Assembly: GCA_044229975.1 (NCBI GenBank)
Contig: JBGARZ010000004.1
Location: 160,001 to 224,000, forward strand
DNA: 64,000 nt
Direction of reading: 5' to 3'
Origin: Polyangiales bacterium
Lineage (GTDB): Bacteria > Myxococcota_A > Polyangia > Polyangiales > Ga0077539
Shown: positions 12,736 through 21,755 of the stretch, in pieces
Layout: each line of letters begins with the position of its first letter
How positions within the stretch are numbered: the stretch's first letter is position 1
The notes under the pieces: model-generated
What the model was told of the DNA's origin: nothing
What the model saw: the letters and a program-made list of their open reading frames with translations, nothing else
Databases searched by the model: none
Position numbers and translations under genes: made by a program

Positions 12736-14727
12736 TCACCGCGGGGCGAACGCGACCCCGCGGTACGACATGTTCATCGGCGCCTGCGCGATGACCGTCA
12801 CCGCGCCCGACAGCGTCGTCGCGCTCACGTCGATGCGCAGCAGCCGCGCCCGTCCCTCGCTGGTCACCCCGTAGAGCACGTAGTCCGCCCCGTTGGTGCG
12901 GCCCGTCAGTCCGCGCAGCGGGTTGGGCAGCCCCGTCACGTTGCCCATGGACGTCCACGTCCCGCCGATGAGGCGCCAGCACTGGAGGCCGCCGCCCGTG
13001 GGGCCGCCGTCCGCCAGCAGCGTGCGGTCGTCCGCGAAGAAGATCACGTCCGCCGCGCCGTTGCCGTCGCGATCGAAGGCCGCGACGCCGTACGGTGACA
13101 ACGACATCGACGACGTCGAGGGGAAGCCCGGCAGCGGCGACAGCACGCCACCCGGCGCGCGCGGCAGCGTCGACGTCGCGAAGACGCCCGACCCGCTTGA
13201 GTTGGAGCCCGTCACCAGAAGCTGCTGCCCAAACACCGCCACGCTCCGGAACACCTCGCGGCTGGTCACCACTGCCCCCGCCGGCGAACCCCCGTAGCCC
13301 GTGTACACCACGTCCCCGACGCTCGTCTGCGTGTGCACCGACCAGAACGCGCTCCCGTCCACCGTCGCCACCGCGCGGATCGTCATCCCGGTCGCCGTCG
13401 CGCCAACGCTCGTGCGCGTGTCCACCACGCCCGCCGCGTTGATGCGCGCGATCACCCGCTGCCCCACCGCGCTGAGCCCCGCCGCCGAGCCCGGCGACGC
13501 CTCGTAGCCGCCCATCACCACGAAGCGCTGGTCCAGGGAGCGGAAGAGGAAGCCCTCCGCGCCGGCCGTCCCCGACAGCGTCAGCGCCAGGTTGCCCCCC
13601 GGCGTCGTCGTCGTCGGCAGCGCGATGGGCGACCCCACCATCGCGCCCGTCGCGCCGTTGTACGCCTCGATGTTCACCGCCGCCGCCGTTCCTGCCAGCG
13701 AGGCCACGCCGTCGCCCACGCGCACCACCCACACGCGGTCATCGCCCGTCGGCGTCCCGAGGTCGGGCGTCGGGTTGCTGCGGTCGACCGGCACATCGAT
13801 CGGCGCCGTCGGAACATCCACCGTCCCCGCGTCCATCCCCGGCGTCGGGCAGCTCGTGTCGAGCACATCACGCGACGTCCACGCGCTCGGCTGCGCCGTC
13901 ACGTCGAAGCGCCACAACGGCGTCGCCGCGATGGTCAGCCGACACCCCGCGCGCAGCCCGAGCGGCCCCTGCAGACTCGTCGGGATGCGAAACTTCAACA
14001 GCGGATCAGCCGGCAGCGCGGCCGTCGCAAACGACGCCTGCACGAAGCCCGTCCCGCCCGGTCCGAAGTCGCTGGTGAGCGTCCCCGTCACGGTGATGAG
14101 CTCGTGCTCGTAGCCCTGGAGCCCCGTCACCAGGTCGGCGGCGTTGCTCACGTCCTGCGTCAGCGCACCGAGCGAGACGCCCGTCGCGTCGCGGGTGTAC
14201 CCGCCGACCTCCGCCGCCCACCGGCTCGTCGGCGACGTCGGCGTCGCCACCCGCGTCACCGTGAAGCTCACCCGATCACCCGCCGCGGGCGCAGGCGTGA
14301 GCGTCGCCGCGTTGACCGCCACGAAGAGCGCCGGCCCCATGCGATCGGCCTGCACGAAGAAGCCACCCGGGTCCGTCGGCGAGGCCGTCCCGTCCATGCG
14401 GATGGTCGGCTGCACCACGTAGGTCACCACCGCGCCGTCGACCCGCAGCGCCGCCACGCCCGGCGCCGACGCCCGCACCGCCGCGATCTGCTGCGACGCG
14501 CCCGTCAACGGAACATCCACCGCCACCTGCACGTCCGCGCCGATGGGAGTGTCGAGACCCGTCGGGGTATCGGCGCCCGTCGGGGTGTCGACCCCCACCG
14601 GGACGTCCGTGGTGGTGGTCGGGCGGTCGACCGAGGCGTCGACGGGGGGCGGCTGATCGACGCCGCGGGCCGAACACGCCAGCGCCACCGACGTCAGCAG
14701 CGCGAGAGAACGAGCGTTTCCTTGCAT
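12736..14727 (-). CDS. Large surface lipoprotein (OB-fold-like region + C-terminal beta-rich domain)
   Basis: Lipobox ALAC; DxP linkers; GAVVTYV...GFFVQAD...GDRVSFTV pattern; high GC3 codon usage. Confidence 0.75.
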   Translation of the reverse strand: MQGNARSLALLTSVALACSARGVDQPPPVDASVDRPTTTTDVPVGVDTPTGADTPTGLDTPIGADVQVAVDVPLTGASQQIAAVRASAPGVAALRVDGAVVTYVVQPTIRMDGTASPTDPGGFFVQADRMGPALFVAVNAATLTPAPAAGDRVSFTVTRVATPTSPTSRWAAEVGGYTRDATGVSLGALTQDVSNAADLVTGLQGYEHELITVTGTLTSDFGPGGTGFVQASFATAALPADPLLKFRIPTSLQGPLGLRAGCRLTIAATPLWRFDVTAQPSAWTSRDVLDTSCPTPGMDAGTVDVPTAPIDVPVDRSNPTPDLGTPTGDDRVWVVRVGDGVASLAGTAAAVNIEAYNGATGAMVGSPIALPTTTTPGGNLALTLSGTAGAEGFLFRSLDQRFVVMGGYEASPGSAAGLSAVGQRVIARINAAGVVDTRTSVGATATGMTIRAVATVDGSAFWSVHTQTSVGDVVYTGYGGSPAGAVVTSREVFRSVAVFGQQLLVTGSNSSGSGVFATSTLPRAPGGVLSPLPGFPSTSSMSLSPYGVAAFDRDGNGAADVIFFADDRTLLADGGPTGGGLQCWRLIGGTWTSMGNVTGLPNPLRGLTGRTNGADYVLYGVTSEGRARLLRIDVSATTLSGAVTVIAQAPMNMSYRGVAFAPR

Positions 14728-14940
14728 GGCCGACGCTGTCTACAACACATGGCTCCCGGCATGAAGACACCGGCCACGCGCACCCCTGCGCCGGGACACC
14801 TACACGCCACGGATGGCTCCGCTGAACACTCGGGTGACCAGTCGAGCGATCACAGAATCCCCAGCGAATGACGCCGCGCAGGCGTGGCTGCGGGCTTGCA
14901 CAGACCTTCGCGCATGCGCGCTGGCGGTCGGTTCTCGGGG

Positions 14941-15852
14941 ATGATGGCGATGGGGTTCGCGGCGCTGACGGCGCTGGGCTGTGCCGCGGACGAAGCCGAC
15001 TCGGACGACTGGGACGAGGCCAACGACGTCGGTGAGATCAGCGTCGCGGGGCGGTGGATCCCGTCGGCGAGCGCCAACGCCGCGGCCGATCGGCAGTACG
15101 CCCGCTACGACGACGCGATGTCGTGGAGCGGCGGTCGCAACTGCGGCGGCGGGTTGCTCGTGGGTACGCGCGAGCTCGGCGGATACCTCGTGGGGAGCTT
15201 CCGCGGGGTGAGCCGGTACGAGGGTTATGCGTGTCGGCCCAACACGGCCAACACCAGCCAGACGTCGATTCACGGCACCGGGCGCGCGATGGATGTGTTC
15301 ATCCCGACGCTGAGCGGCGGGGCCGCGGACAACACCGTCGGCGACGCGGTGGCCAACTGGGTCATCGCCAACGCCTCCGCCCTCGGCGTGCAGCTCGTGA
15401 TCTGGGATCGCAGCTCATGGAACGCCAGCCGACCCGCCGGATCGAAGCTCCGCACCTACGGCGGCCCGCACCCGCACAACGACCACATCCACATCGAGCT
15501 CAACAACGACGGCGCCGCGCGACGCACGGCCTGGTACCGCGACCGCGCCGCGGCGACCGCGCCGACGAGCACCACCACGACACCGAGCACGCCGAGCACG
15601 CCGACCCCGACGCCGCCGCCCGCTTCGACGGCGCTGCGGCTGCGGGTCAACACGGGCGGGCTCAACCTGCGTCGCGGGGTGGGCACGGCCTACGGGGTCA
15701 TCACGGCGATGCCGTGCGGCGCGACCGTGACGGTGGTCGGCGGCCCGACGTCGGGCTGGTACGAGGTGACCTACAACGGCGCGCGCGGCTGGGCGTCGGG
15801 AACCTACCTGGTGCCCGAGGCGAGCTTCCGCGCGTCGGTCTGCGGGAGCTGA
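14941..15852 (+). CDS. Lipoprotein with M15/DD-peptidase-like zinc domain and C-terminal SH3b
   Basis: Lipobox ALGC; SIHGTGRAMD (SxHxxGxAxD) and HNDHIHIE zinc ligands; Thr/Pro linker; LNLRRG...GWYEVTYNG.RGW SH3b domain. Confidence 0.8.
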   Translation: MMAMGFAALTALGCAADEADSDDWDEANDVGEISVAGRWIPSASANAAADRQYARYDDAMSWSGGRNCGGGLLVGTRELGGYLVGSFRGVSRYEGYACRPNTANTSQTSIHGTGRAMDVFIPTLSGGAADNTVGDAVANWVIANASALGVQLVIWDRSSWNASRPAGSKLRTYGGPHPHNDHIHIELNNDGAARRTAWYRDRAAATAPTSTTTTPSTPSTPTPTPPPASTALRLRVNTGGLNLRRGVGTAYGVITAMPCGATVTVVGGPTSGWYEVTYNGARGWASGTYLVPEASFRASVCGS

Positions 15853-15856
15853 AACA

Positions 15857-16852
15857 CTACCAGTGCGAGGTGTGGTCCTCGACCACGCCGTAGCCCTCGA
15901 CGCGCACGTCGCGGTCGCCGTCGCGGAAGGTTCCGGTGAAGCGGCCGAAGGGCTGGATGAAGTCGTGCTTCACGAGGCCGAGGTTCTTGCGGTCGCTGCG
16001 CGCCCCTTCGGGGGTGAACGTCAGGTCGAGGCCCAGCCCGGCGTGGCGCACCGTCCATGACTGCTGGCCAGGCGGCTGACCGACGCTGAACTCCGCGCCG
16101 CGACCGAGCGGGATGAGACGGTCGCCGAGCCAGAGGGCGTTCTCGATCTCGTCGTTGAAGTGCGCGACGAGGTTGAGCCCGAAGGGGCGGCCGTCGTCGG
16201 TGGTGCCCTGGAGGCAGGCCCAGTTCCAGTGGGTGTCGCGCGGGGGGTAGCCGAGGGTGAAGTCGAGGGCGCCGCCGTGCGGGAGCTCGACGTCGAAGTG
16301 CCGCTCGTCGAGGCGCGCGCTCACCGTGATGGGGAGACACAGCCGCTTGAAGGTGTGGTTGAAGGGTCGGTCGCGGCTCGGCGCGAGCGAGGTCATGCCG
16401 CCGTCGAGGGTGCTCAGCCGCAGGTCGCACGAGAGGCGCTTGCCCTCGTAGCGCAGGCGCATCCCGTCGCCCTCCGGGTCGATGCGCCAATGGCGGTGGC
16501 CCAGCCCGAGCTTCCACCCGCGGCGCATGGACGGCGCGAAGTCGTCGCGAAACCCCAACGGCACGTCGAGCTTCTCCTCGACGAACTCGCGGCGCTTGCG
16601 GTCGTACACGTACAGAAACGCCGTCCCGATGTAGCCCGCGTCGGCGACGGCGAAGCCCACCATGAAGTCGTCGTGGTAGGCGCCGAGGTAGATCCAGCCC
16701 TTGCGCTGGAGGCGTCGACGCCAGGTGAACGCGTCGCGGTCCCAGCGCGCGGTGGAGACGTCGGCGATGGCGCCGCGGTACGGACCGTAGGCCGGGAAGT
16801 TTCCGTCGATGTCGACGAGGGAGGCGGGCGTGGGGAGGAGATCGTTGCTCAT
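15857..16852 (-). CDS. DUF2804-like protein
   Basis: KGWIY, LDFTLGYPPRDTHWNWA, FGLNL, ENALWL, LTFTPEG.R, FIQPFGRFTG, GVVEDH.SHW. Confidence 0.75.
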   Translation of the reverse strand: MSNDLLPTPASLVDIDGNFPAYGPYRGAIADVSTARWDRDAFTWRRRLQRKGWIYLGAYHDDFMVGFAVADAGYIGTAFLYVYDRKRREFVEEKLDVPLGFRDDFAPSMRRGWKLGLGHRHWRIDPEGDGMRLRYEGKRLSCDLRLSTLDGGMTSLAPSRDRPFNHTFKRLCLPITVSARLDERHFDVELPHGGALDFTLGYPPRDTHWNWACLQGTTDDGRPFGLNLVAHFNDEIENALWLGDRLIPLGRGAEFSVGQPPGQQSWTVRHAGLGLDLTFTPEGARSDRKNLGLVKHDFIQPFGRFTGTFRDGDRDVRVEGYGVVEDHTSHW

Positions 16853-16861
16853 GGCGTTCCT

Positions 16862-17941
16862 TCACTCAACAGCGGGGCACGGCGCAGCGGGCGTCGGCAG
16901 CGGTCGGTCGGGCGACGGAACAAACCCCAGCACCGTCCGCGGCCACTCGTCGGTGACCATCACGAAGCCGCGCTGATCGAGCCGCGCGATGCCCTCCCAG
17001 TTGCGCGCCCGAGCTTCTCTCAGCAAACGGATCACCTGCCCCGTCGGGCGCACCGCCACGCCGTCGTCGCGCAGCTCGATGAGGCGCTCGACGCTGCGGG
17101 CGGTCCCTCCGCGGGGGTCGCAGTCGACGGCCTCGGAGAAGCAGCCCACCGCGCGGATGGTGCGCTCGCACTCGGCGGTGTCGCCCACGTCGCGGTAGCT
17201 GTACTGCGTCGCCCAGAAGCGCCGGTCGGCGTCGACCGCCGTCGCGTCGGTGAGGCGGTACGGAATCGCCTCGACGGACACCACCACCGGGGCCGCGCGG
17301 GTGTCGCCGACGCGCAGGGCCTGCGACGCGCACGAGGTGCTCACGCCGTTGGCCTCGAAGAGCGCGAGCCACGAGTTGTCGACGCGGGTGAGCGCTTCGT
17401 ACGAGTGGTTGTCGGAGCGCAGCGGGACGTCGAGGTTGGTCGCGTTGCGGTCGAGCACGAGCCCGCGCACGGGGTCGAGCGTGGCGGTGACGAGCAGCGC
17501 GGACATCTCGTCGCCGAGGCCGCGCTCGACGGTGAGGGCGGCGCGGTCGCCCTCGAAGGCGATGGCCTCGAAGCCCTGGTAGCGGGTGTCGTTGGGCAGG
17601 TCGAGGAGGTCGAGGTCGACGCGCTCGGGGGTGATGGGCGAGCGATCGGCGCCGTCGACCCAGGCGCGCAGGCGGGCGCCCGGGATGCGGTAGACCCACG
17701 CGTGCGTGAAGCCGGGGCGGGCGCGCATGCGGGCGAGGCCGCGCGGGCTCCACTGCGGCAGGAGGAAGAGCTCGTCGCCGTGCCACGCGAGGCCGGAGTA
17801 CTCGTTGCCGCGCGCGGCGGCGTCGCCCGCGAGGCAGATGGACAACACCGGAACCGGCTCCATCGGGTCACGCCCGCGGGGCCGTTGGGCGCCGCTGCAC
17901 GACAGCGAGAGCGCGGCGAAGATCAGCAGCGGGCGGCGCAT
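16862..17941 (-). CDS. Lipoprotein, probable beta-propeller (phytase-like esterase-type pattern)
   Basis: Lipobox SLSC; repeated blade motifs EYSGLAW, GFEAIAF, SYEALT, NWEGIA. Confidence 0.65.
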   Translation of the reverse strand: MRRPLLIFAALSLSCSGAQRPRGRDPMEPVPVLSICLAGDAAARGNEYSGLAWHGDELFLLPQWSPRGLARMRARPGFTHAWVYRIPGARLRAWVDGADRSPITPERVDLDLLDLPNDTRYQGFEAIAFEGDRAALTVERGLGDEMSALLVTATLDPVRGLVLDRNATNLDVPLRSDNHSYEALTRVDNSWLALFEANGVSTSCASQALRVGDTRAAPVVVSVEAIPYRLTDATAVDADRRFWATQYSYRDVGDTAECERTIRAVGCFSEAVDCDPRGGTARSVERLIELRDDGVAVRPTGQVIRLLREARARNWEGIARLDQRGFVMVTDEWPRTVLGFVPSPDRPLPTPAAPCPAVE

Positions 17942-17988
17942 GGGGTGCGCGCGACTCTATCGCGACGCGAGGTGCGTGGAGAGGGGCG

Positions 17989-19383
17989 TCAGCCGCGGAG
18001 CTTCGATCCGAGCGCGACGACCTCGGGGTTGCGCGGGTCGATCTTGGCGGCGGTCTCCAGGGCGCTGCGCGCGCTCGCGGTGCGGCCGGCCTTGAAGAAG
18101 ATGCGCGTGAGGCAGATGTGGGCGGCGATGACGTCGGGCGCGAGGCGCACCGACTTCCGGGCGTACTCCGCGGCGCGGGAGAAGTCCTTGCCCGACTCGC
18201 AGAGCGACTGGGCGGCGTGCAGCGCGGCCTGCGCGTCGGCGGGGCGCAGGTCGGCCACCTTGGCCCAGAGGTCGCCGGCCTGGTCCCACCGCTGCGCCTT
18301 CTCGGCGGCGCGGGCGGCGTTGGAGAGGCGCTGCACCTCGTGGTCCTGGAAGGTCTCCTCGGCGCGCGCGAGGCGCGACTTCAGGCTGGCGTCGTCGGGG
18401 CGCAGCGTCGCGGCGTGGCGCAGCAGCTTCACGATCTCGGCGTGCTCGTCGTTGCGCGCGGCCCGCTCGATGAGGGACTCCAGGTCGTCGAGGGTGCGCT
18501 GCACGTCCCGCGAGCGCGTCTCCGCCCTTCCGCGCAGCAACGACTCCAGCGCCATGCCCGCGGGCACCTGCGCCGCCGGGGACGGCGGCGGCGTGGACGG
18601 CCGCGACCCCATCGGCGGCGGCGGAACCGACGCTGGCCGCTGCTGCTGCATCGCGGGCGGCGGGTGCGACCCGCGCCGCGGCGGGATGACGGAGCCGGGG
18701 GCGTTGTGTTCGGTGGGCGGCGTGATGGCGCGCGACGGCGGCGGGGCGGGCGGCGACGGGGTGGTGGGCGACTGCGGCGTGACCGATCGGGCGGGGGCGC
18801 GCTCGGGCGGCGCGTGCCGCGGCGACACGGGCATGGGGGTGCGCGTGTCGCGGTGGATGGCGGGCGGCGGGTTGTGCACGTGCAGGTCGCGCGCGTGCAT
18901 CGGCGGCGGCGTGCGGACGTCGCGCACGTGCATCGGCATGGGGGTGCGCGTGTCGGGCCGCGCGGGCGCCGCGGGCATGGGGGTGCGCGGGTCGGGGCGC
19001 GCGGGCATCGCGGGCATCGGGGTGCGGGAGTCGCGGTCGCGCGGCGGCGCGTCGACGACGAGCAGGTCGGCGACGAGGCCGAGGCGGCGGTCGTAGCGGG
19101 CGCGCCGGTCGGGGTCGCCGAGCACCGCGAAGGCCAGGTTGACCTCGCGCCCGATGGCCTCGATGTGCATGGCGTAGGCGCCCAGGTCGCGGCCCTCGAA
19201 GCGGTCGGGCTTGAAGCGTTCGAGCTGCTCGAAGTAGGCCTCGCGGAGGGCGGCGCGGTCGCAGTCCCGGGCCACGCCGAGCACGTCGTAGTAGCTCCCC
19301 GAGAGGCGATCGAACATCGACAGGACCCCGTCGCGCTCCGTCGCGCTCAACGCTCCCCCCGCTCTGTGGTTGGTGTCCGTCAT
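17989..19383 (-). CDS. J-domain (KPD variant) + Pro-rich linker + TPR protein
   Basis: YYDVLGV...LREAY...FKPDRF...AFAVLGDPDRRARYD; repeated RTPMP units; C-terminal TPRs. Confidence 0.85.
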   Translation of the reverse strand: MTDTNHRAGGALSATERDGVLSMFDRLSGSYYDVLGVARDCDRAALREAYFEQLERFKPDRFEGRDLGAYAMHIEAIGREVNLAFAVLGDPDRRARYDRRLGLVADLLVVDAPPRDRDSRTPMPAMPARPDPRTPMPAAPARPDTRTPMPMHVRDVRTPPPMHARDLHVHNPPPAIHRDTRTPMPVSPRHAPPERAPARSVTPQSPTTPSPPAPPPSRAITPPTEHNAPGSVIPPRRGSHPPPAMQQQRPASVPPPPMGSRPSTPPPSPAAQVPAGMALESLLRGRAETRSRDVQRTLDDLESLIERAARNDEHAEIVKLLRHAATLRPDDASLKSRLARAEETFQDHEVQRLSNAARAAEKAQRWDQAGDLWAKVADLRPADAQAALHAAQSLCESGKDFSRAAEYARKSVRLAPDVIAAHICLTRIFFKAGRTASARSALETAAKIDPRNPEVVALGSKLRG

Positions 19384-19488
19384 CGCCCTCTCAACGTCGC
19401 CGCTCGCACGCCACCACCGGTGCCCTCTCCGAGGCGCGTCGGTGCGGTCAGCATACCCGTTCGGGGCATCGGTTCTGCGACGGAAAAT

Positions 19489-21114
19489 CTAGTGGTGCCG
19501 ACGACACGTGCTCTCCTCGACCAGCGGCCTCGATGCCGCTGCTGCCCCGACCCGCTGAAGCTGGGAAAGAACGGCCCGCGCCCGATGGCAGTCACCCTCG
19601 TGGATGAGTTGGCGGATGCGATCGGCGCCGAGGGCGTCGACCCCTTCGCGCAGCGGGTCGATGTCGTTGGCGGGGAGCACCGCGGGTTCGCGGGCGTGGG
19701 TGAGGGCGGTGATGGCGCCGTCGAGGTCGCGGGCGTGCACGCGGTCGAGGCCGTCGCGGACGGCGTTGCGCGCGGCGGTCTGGGCTTGATGGGAGGCGCG
19801 GGCGACCGGGTCTTCGACGGGGGCCGGCGCGGGCGACGGCGTGGTGTTGGCGGCGTTGGCGGTGTTGGCCGCGTGGGCGGCGGGCGGTCGCGGGGCGGTG
19901 GCGGCGTTGGCGGGCATGGGGGACGGCGCGCGGCTGCCGTGGAGGGCCAGGGACACGACGGCGAAGCCGCCGAGGATGCTGGCTGCGGCGACGCCGAGCA
20001 CCCACGGGAGCACCCGACGGCGCGGGCGTGGCGGCGGCCATGACCGGGACGCATACGCGGGGTTGAGCGGCGGAACGGGCACGCTGGCGATGCTGACGGT
20101 GGCGACCGATCCGACGGGGACGTTGGAGACGGCGTCTTCGGCGGCGGCCTCGCCGCGGAGCTCGGCGAGGAAGGCCATGGCCGAGGGGGTTCGGAGGGCG
20201 GCGTCTTTTTCGAGGGCGTGGGTGATGGCGGCCTCGACGGAGGCGGGGAGCGTCGCGCAGCCGGGTTGTTGACGCAGCGGCGTCGGGGGGACGTTGAGGT
20301 GCGCGTCGGTCCACTCGACGAGCGAGCGGGCGGGCCACGGGAGGGTTCCGGAGAGCATGAGGTAGGTGAGCAGGCCGAGGGAGTAGACGTCGGCGCGGGC
20401 GTCGACGGGCTGACCGCGGAGCTGCTCGGGGCACATGAACGCGGGGGTTCCGAGGATGGTCCCGAGGCTGGTGAGGGGCTTCTCGCCGGGGTGGGCGGGC
20501 GCGCGGCGGGCGATGCCAAAGTCCACGACCTTGAGCAGGGGGATGGGGTCGCCGGGCGCGAGGAGGACGTTTTCGGGCTTGAGGTCGCGGTGGACGATGC
20601 CGGCCTTGTGGGCGGCGTCGAGGGCGCTGGCCATCTGGGTGGCGAGGTCGAGGGCGAGGGTGGGTTCGAGCCGGCCGCGCTGGACGCGCGTGGCGAGGCT
20701 CTCGCCGGGGACGAACTCCATCACCGACACGAAGCGCCCGCCTTCTTCGCCGTAGTCGAAGAGGCGAACGATGTTGGGGTGTTCGAGCGAGGCGAGGGTG
20801 GTGGCCTCGCGGCGGAAGCGCGAGACGATGTACTCGTCGTTGCCGCGCGCGGCGGCGAGCACCTTGATGGCCACGCGGCGCACGCCTTCGCCCACGCGCT
20901 GCTCGCCGAGGTACACGCGGCCCATGCTGCCTTCGCCGAGCTTCACCTCGACGCGGTAGCGCCCGAGGAGCATCGACCCGATGAGCGGATCATCGCCGCC
21001 GGCCTGGTCGAAGCGCTGCCCGCAGTGCGCGCAGAAGCGAGCGTCGTCCGACGGTCGGGGCGTCTCGCAGCGGGGGCATGGTTGGGCAGTCACGGGGGAA
21101 AGGCCGCGGAGCAT
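19489..21114 (-). CDS. Membrane Ser/Thr kinase with N-terminal zinc ribbon
   Basis: CPRC...CAHC; LGEGSMG, VAIK, HRDLKPEN, DFG, GTPAFMCPE; TM segment; small extracytoplasmic helical domain. Confidence 0.92.
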   Translation of the reverse strand: MLRGLSPVTAQPCPRCETPRPSDDARFCAHCGQRFDQAGGDDPLIGSMLLGRYRVEVKLGEGSMGRVYLGEQRVGEGVRRVAIKVLAAARGNDEYIVSRFRREATTLASLEHPNIVRLFDYGEEGGRFVSVMEFVPGESLATRVQRGRLEPTLALDLATQMASALDAAHKAGIVHRDLKPENVLLAPGDPIPLLKVVDFGIARRAPAHPGEKPLTSLGTILGTPAFMCPEQLRGQPVDARADVYSLGLLTYLMLSGTLPWPARSLVEWTDAHLNVPPTPLRQQPGCATLPASVEAAITHALEKDAALRTPSAMAFLAELRGEAAAEDAVSNVPVGSVATVSIASVPVPPLNPAYASRSWPPPRPRRRVLPWVLGVAAASILGGFAVVSLALHGSRAPSPMPANAATAPRPPAAHAANTANAANTTPSPAPAPVEDPVARASHQAQTAARNAVRDGLDRVHARDLDGAITALTHAREPAVLPANDIDPLREGVDALGADRIRQLIHEGDCHRARAVLSQLQRVGAAAASRPLVEESTCRRHH

Positions 21115-21148
21115 AGTTCGCCCGCCGCAAAGGTGGCCAGCGATCGAC

Positions 21149-21357
21149 GGAGAGCGTGCACGAGGGCTGAAAAGGTACGCACGCGGCCTGGAGAGGTACG
21201 CACGCGGCTCGAAACAACGCGCACGGGCCATCGGGAAGGTGGACACACCCCATCGAGAGGGTGGACACGGGCTATCGGGAGGGTGGACACACCCCAGCGG
21301 GAGGGTGGACACGGGCCGTCGGAAATGTGTACACGCGGGGTCGTTTCACCCGTACAC
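21149..21357. repeat. Phased 21-bp (x4) and 22-bp (x5) degenerate tandem arrays upstream of the kinase
   Basis: GCACG at 21158, 21179, 21200, 21221; GTG(G/T)ACAC at 21239, 21261, 21283, 21305, 21327. Confidence 0.8.
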
Positions 21358-21393
21358 GGGGTCGCCCAATTATCTTGCGGGTTCAATGGGATG

Positions 21394-21741
21394 GGGCCCA
21401 CGCCGCAGCGTCAGCGCGGCGCGCAGCGGTCACGTCCGCAGTCGCCGGGCCCACGCCGCAGCGTCAGCGCGGCGCGCAGCGGTCACGTCCGCAGTCGCCG
21501 GGCCCACGCGGCAGCGTCAGCGCGGCGCGCAGCGGTCACGTCCGCAGTCGCCGGGCCCACGCGGCAGCGTCAGCGCGGCGCGCAGCGGTCACGTCCGCAG
21601 CACCCAATCCGGAATCGACTGCAGGCCTGACCGTTGCGCGCCTTGCTGACGCTGCGGCGTGGGCCCGGCGACTGCGGGCCTGACCGTTGCGCGCCTTGCT
21701 GACGCTGCGGCGTGGGCCCCAGGGACTGCGGGCCTGACCGT
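21394..21741. repeat. Array of 53-bp REP-like units (4 direct copies, then 2 full and 1 partial inverted copy)
   Basis: Unit GGGCCCACGCCGCAGCGTCAGCGCGGCGCGCAGCGGTCACGTCCGCAGTCGCC starts at 21394, 21447, 21500, 21553; inverted copies at 21617-21666, 21667-21719, partial 21724-21741. Confidence 0.93.
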
Positions 21742-21755
21742 CGCTCCAACCTCGA

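Noticed and set aside
16160..19096. Long alternative-frame ORFs (e.g. 16160..19096, 7211..9691, 8208..10568, 52435..54831)
   Set aside because: Arg/Ala/Pro-rich shadow ORFs expected in high-GC DNA; they overlap better-supported genes with recognisable motifs.
21394..21741. 53-bp array as CRISPR or as a protein-coding repeat
   Set aside because: No spacers, the orientation flips mid-array, and overlapping ORFs in several frames are repeat translations without codon bias.
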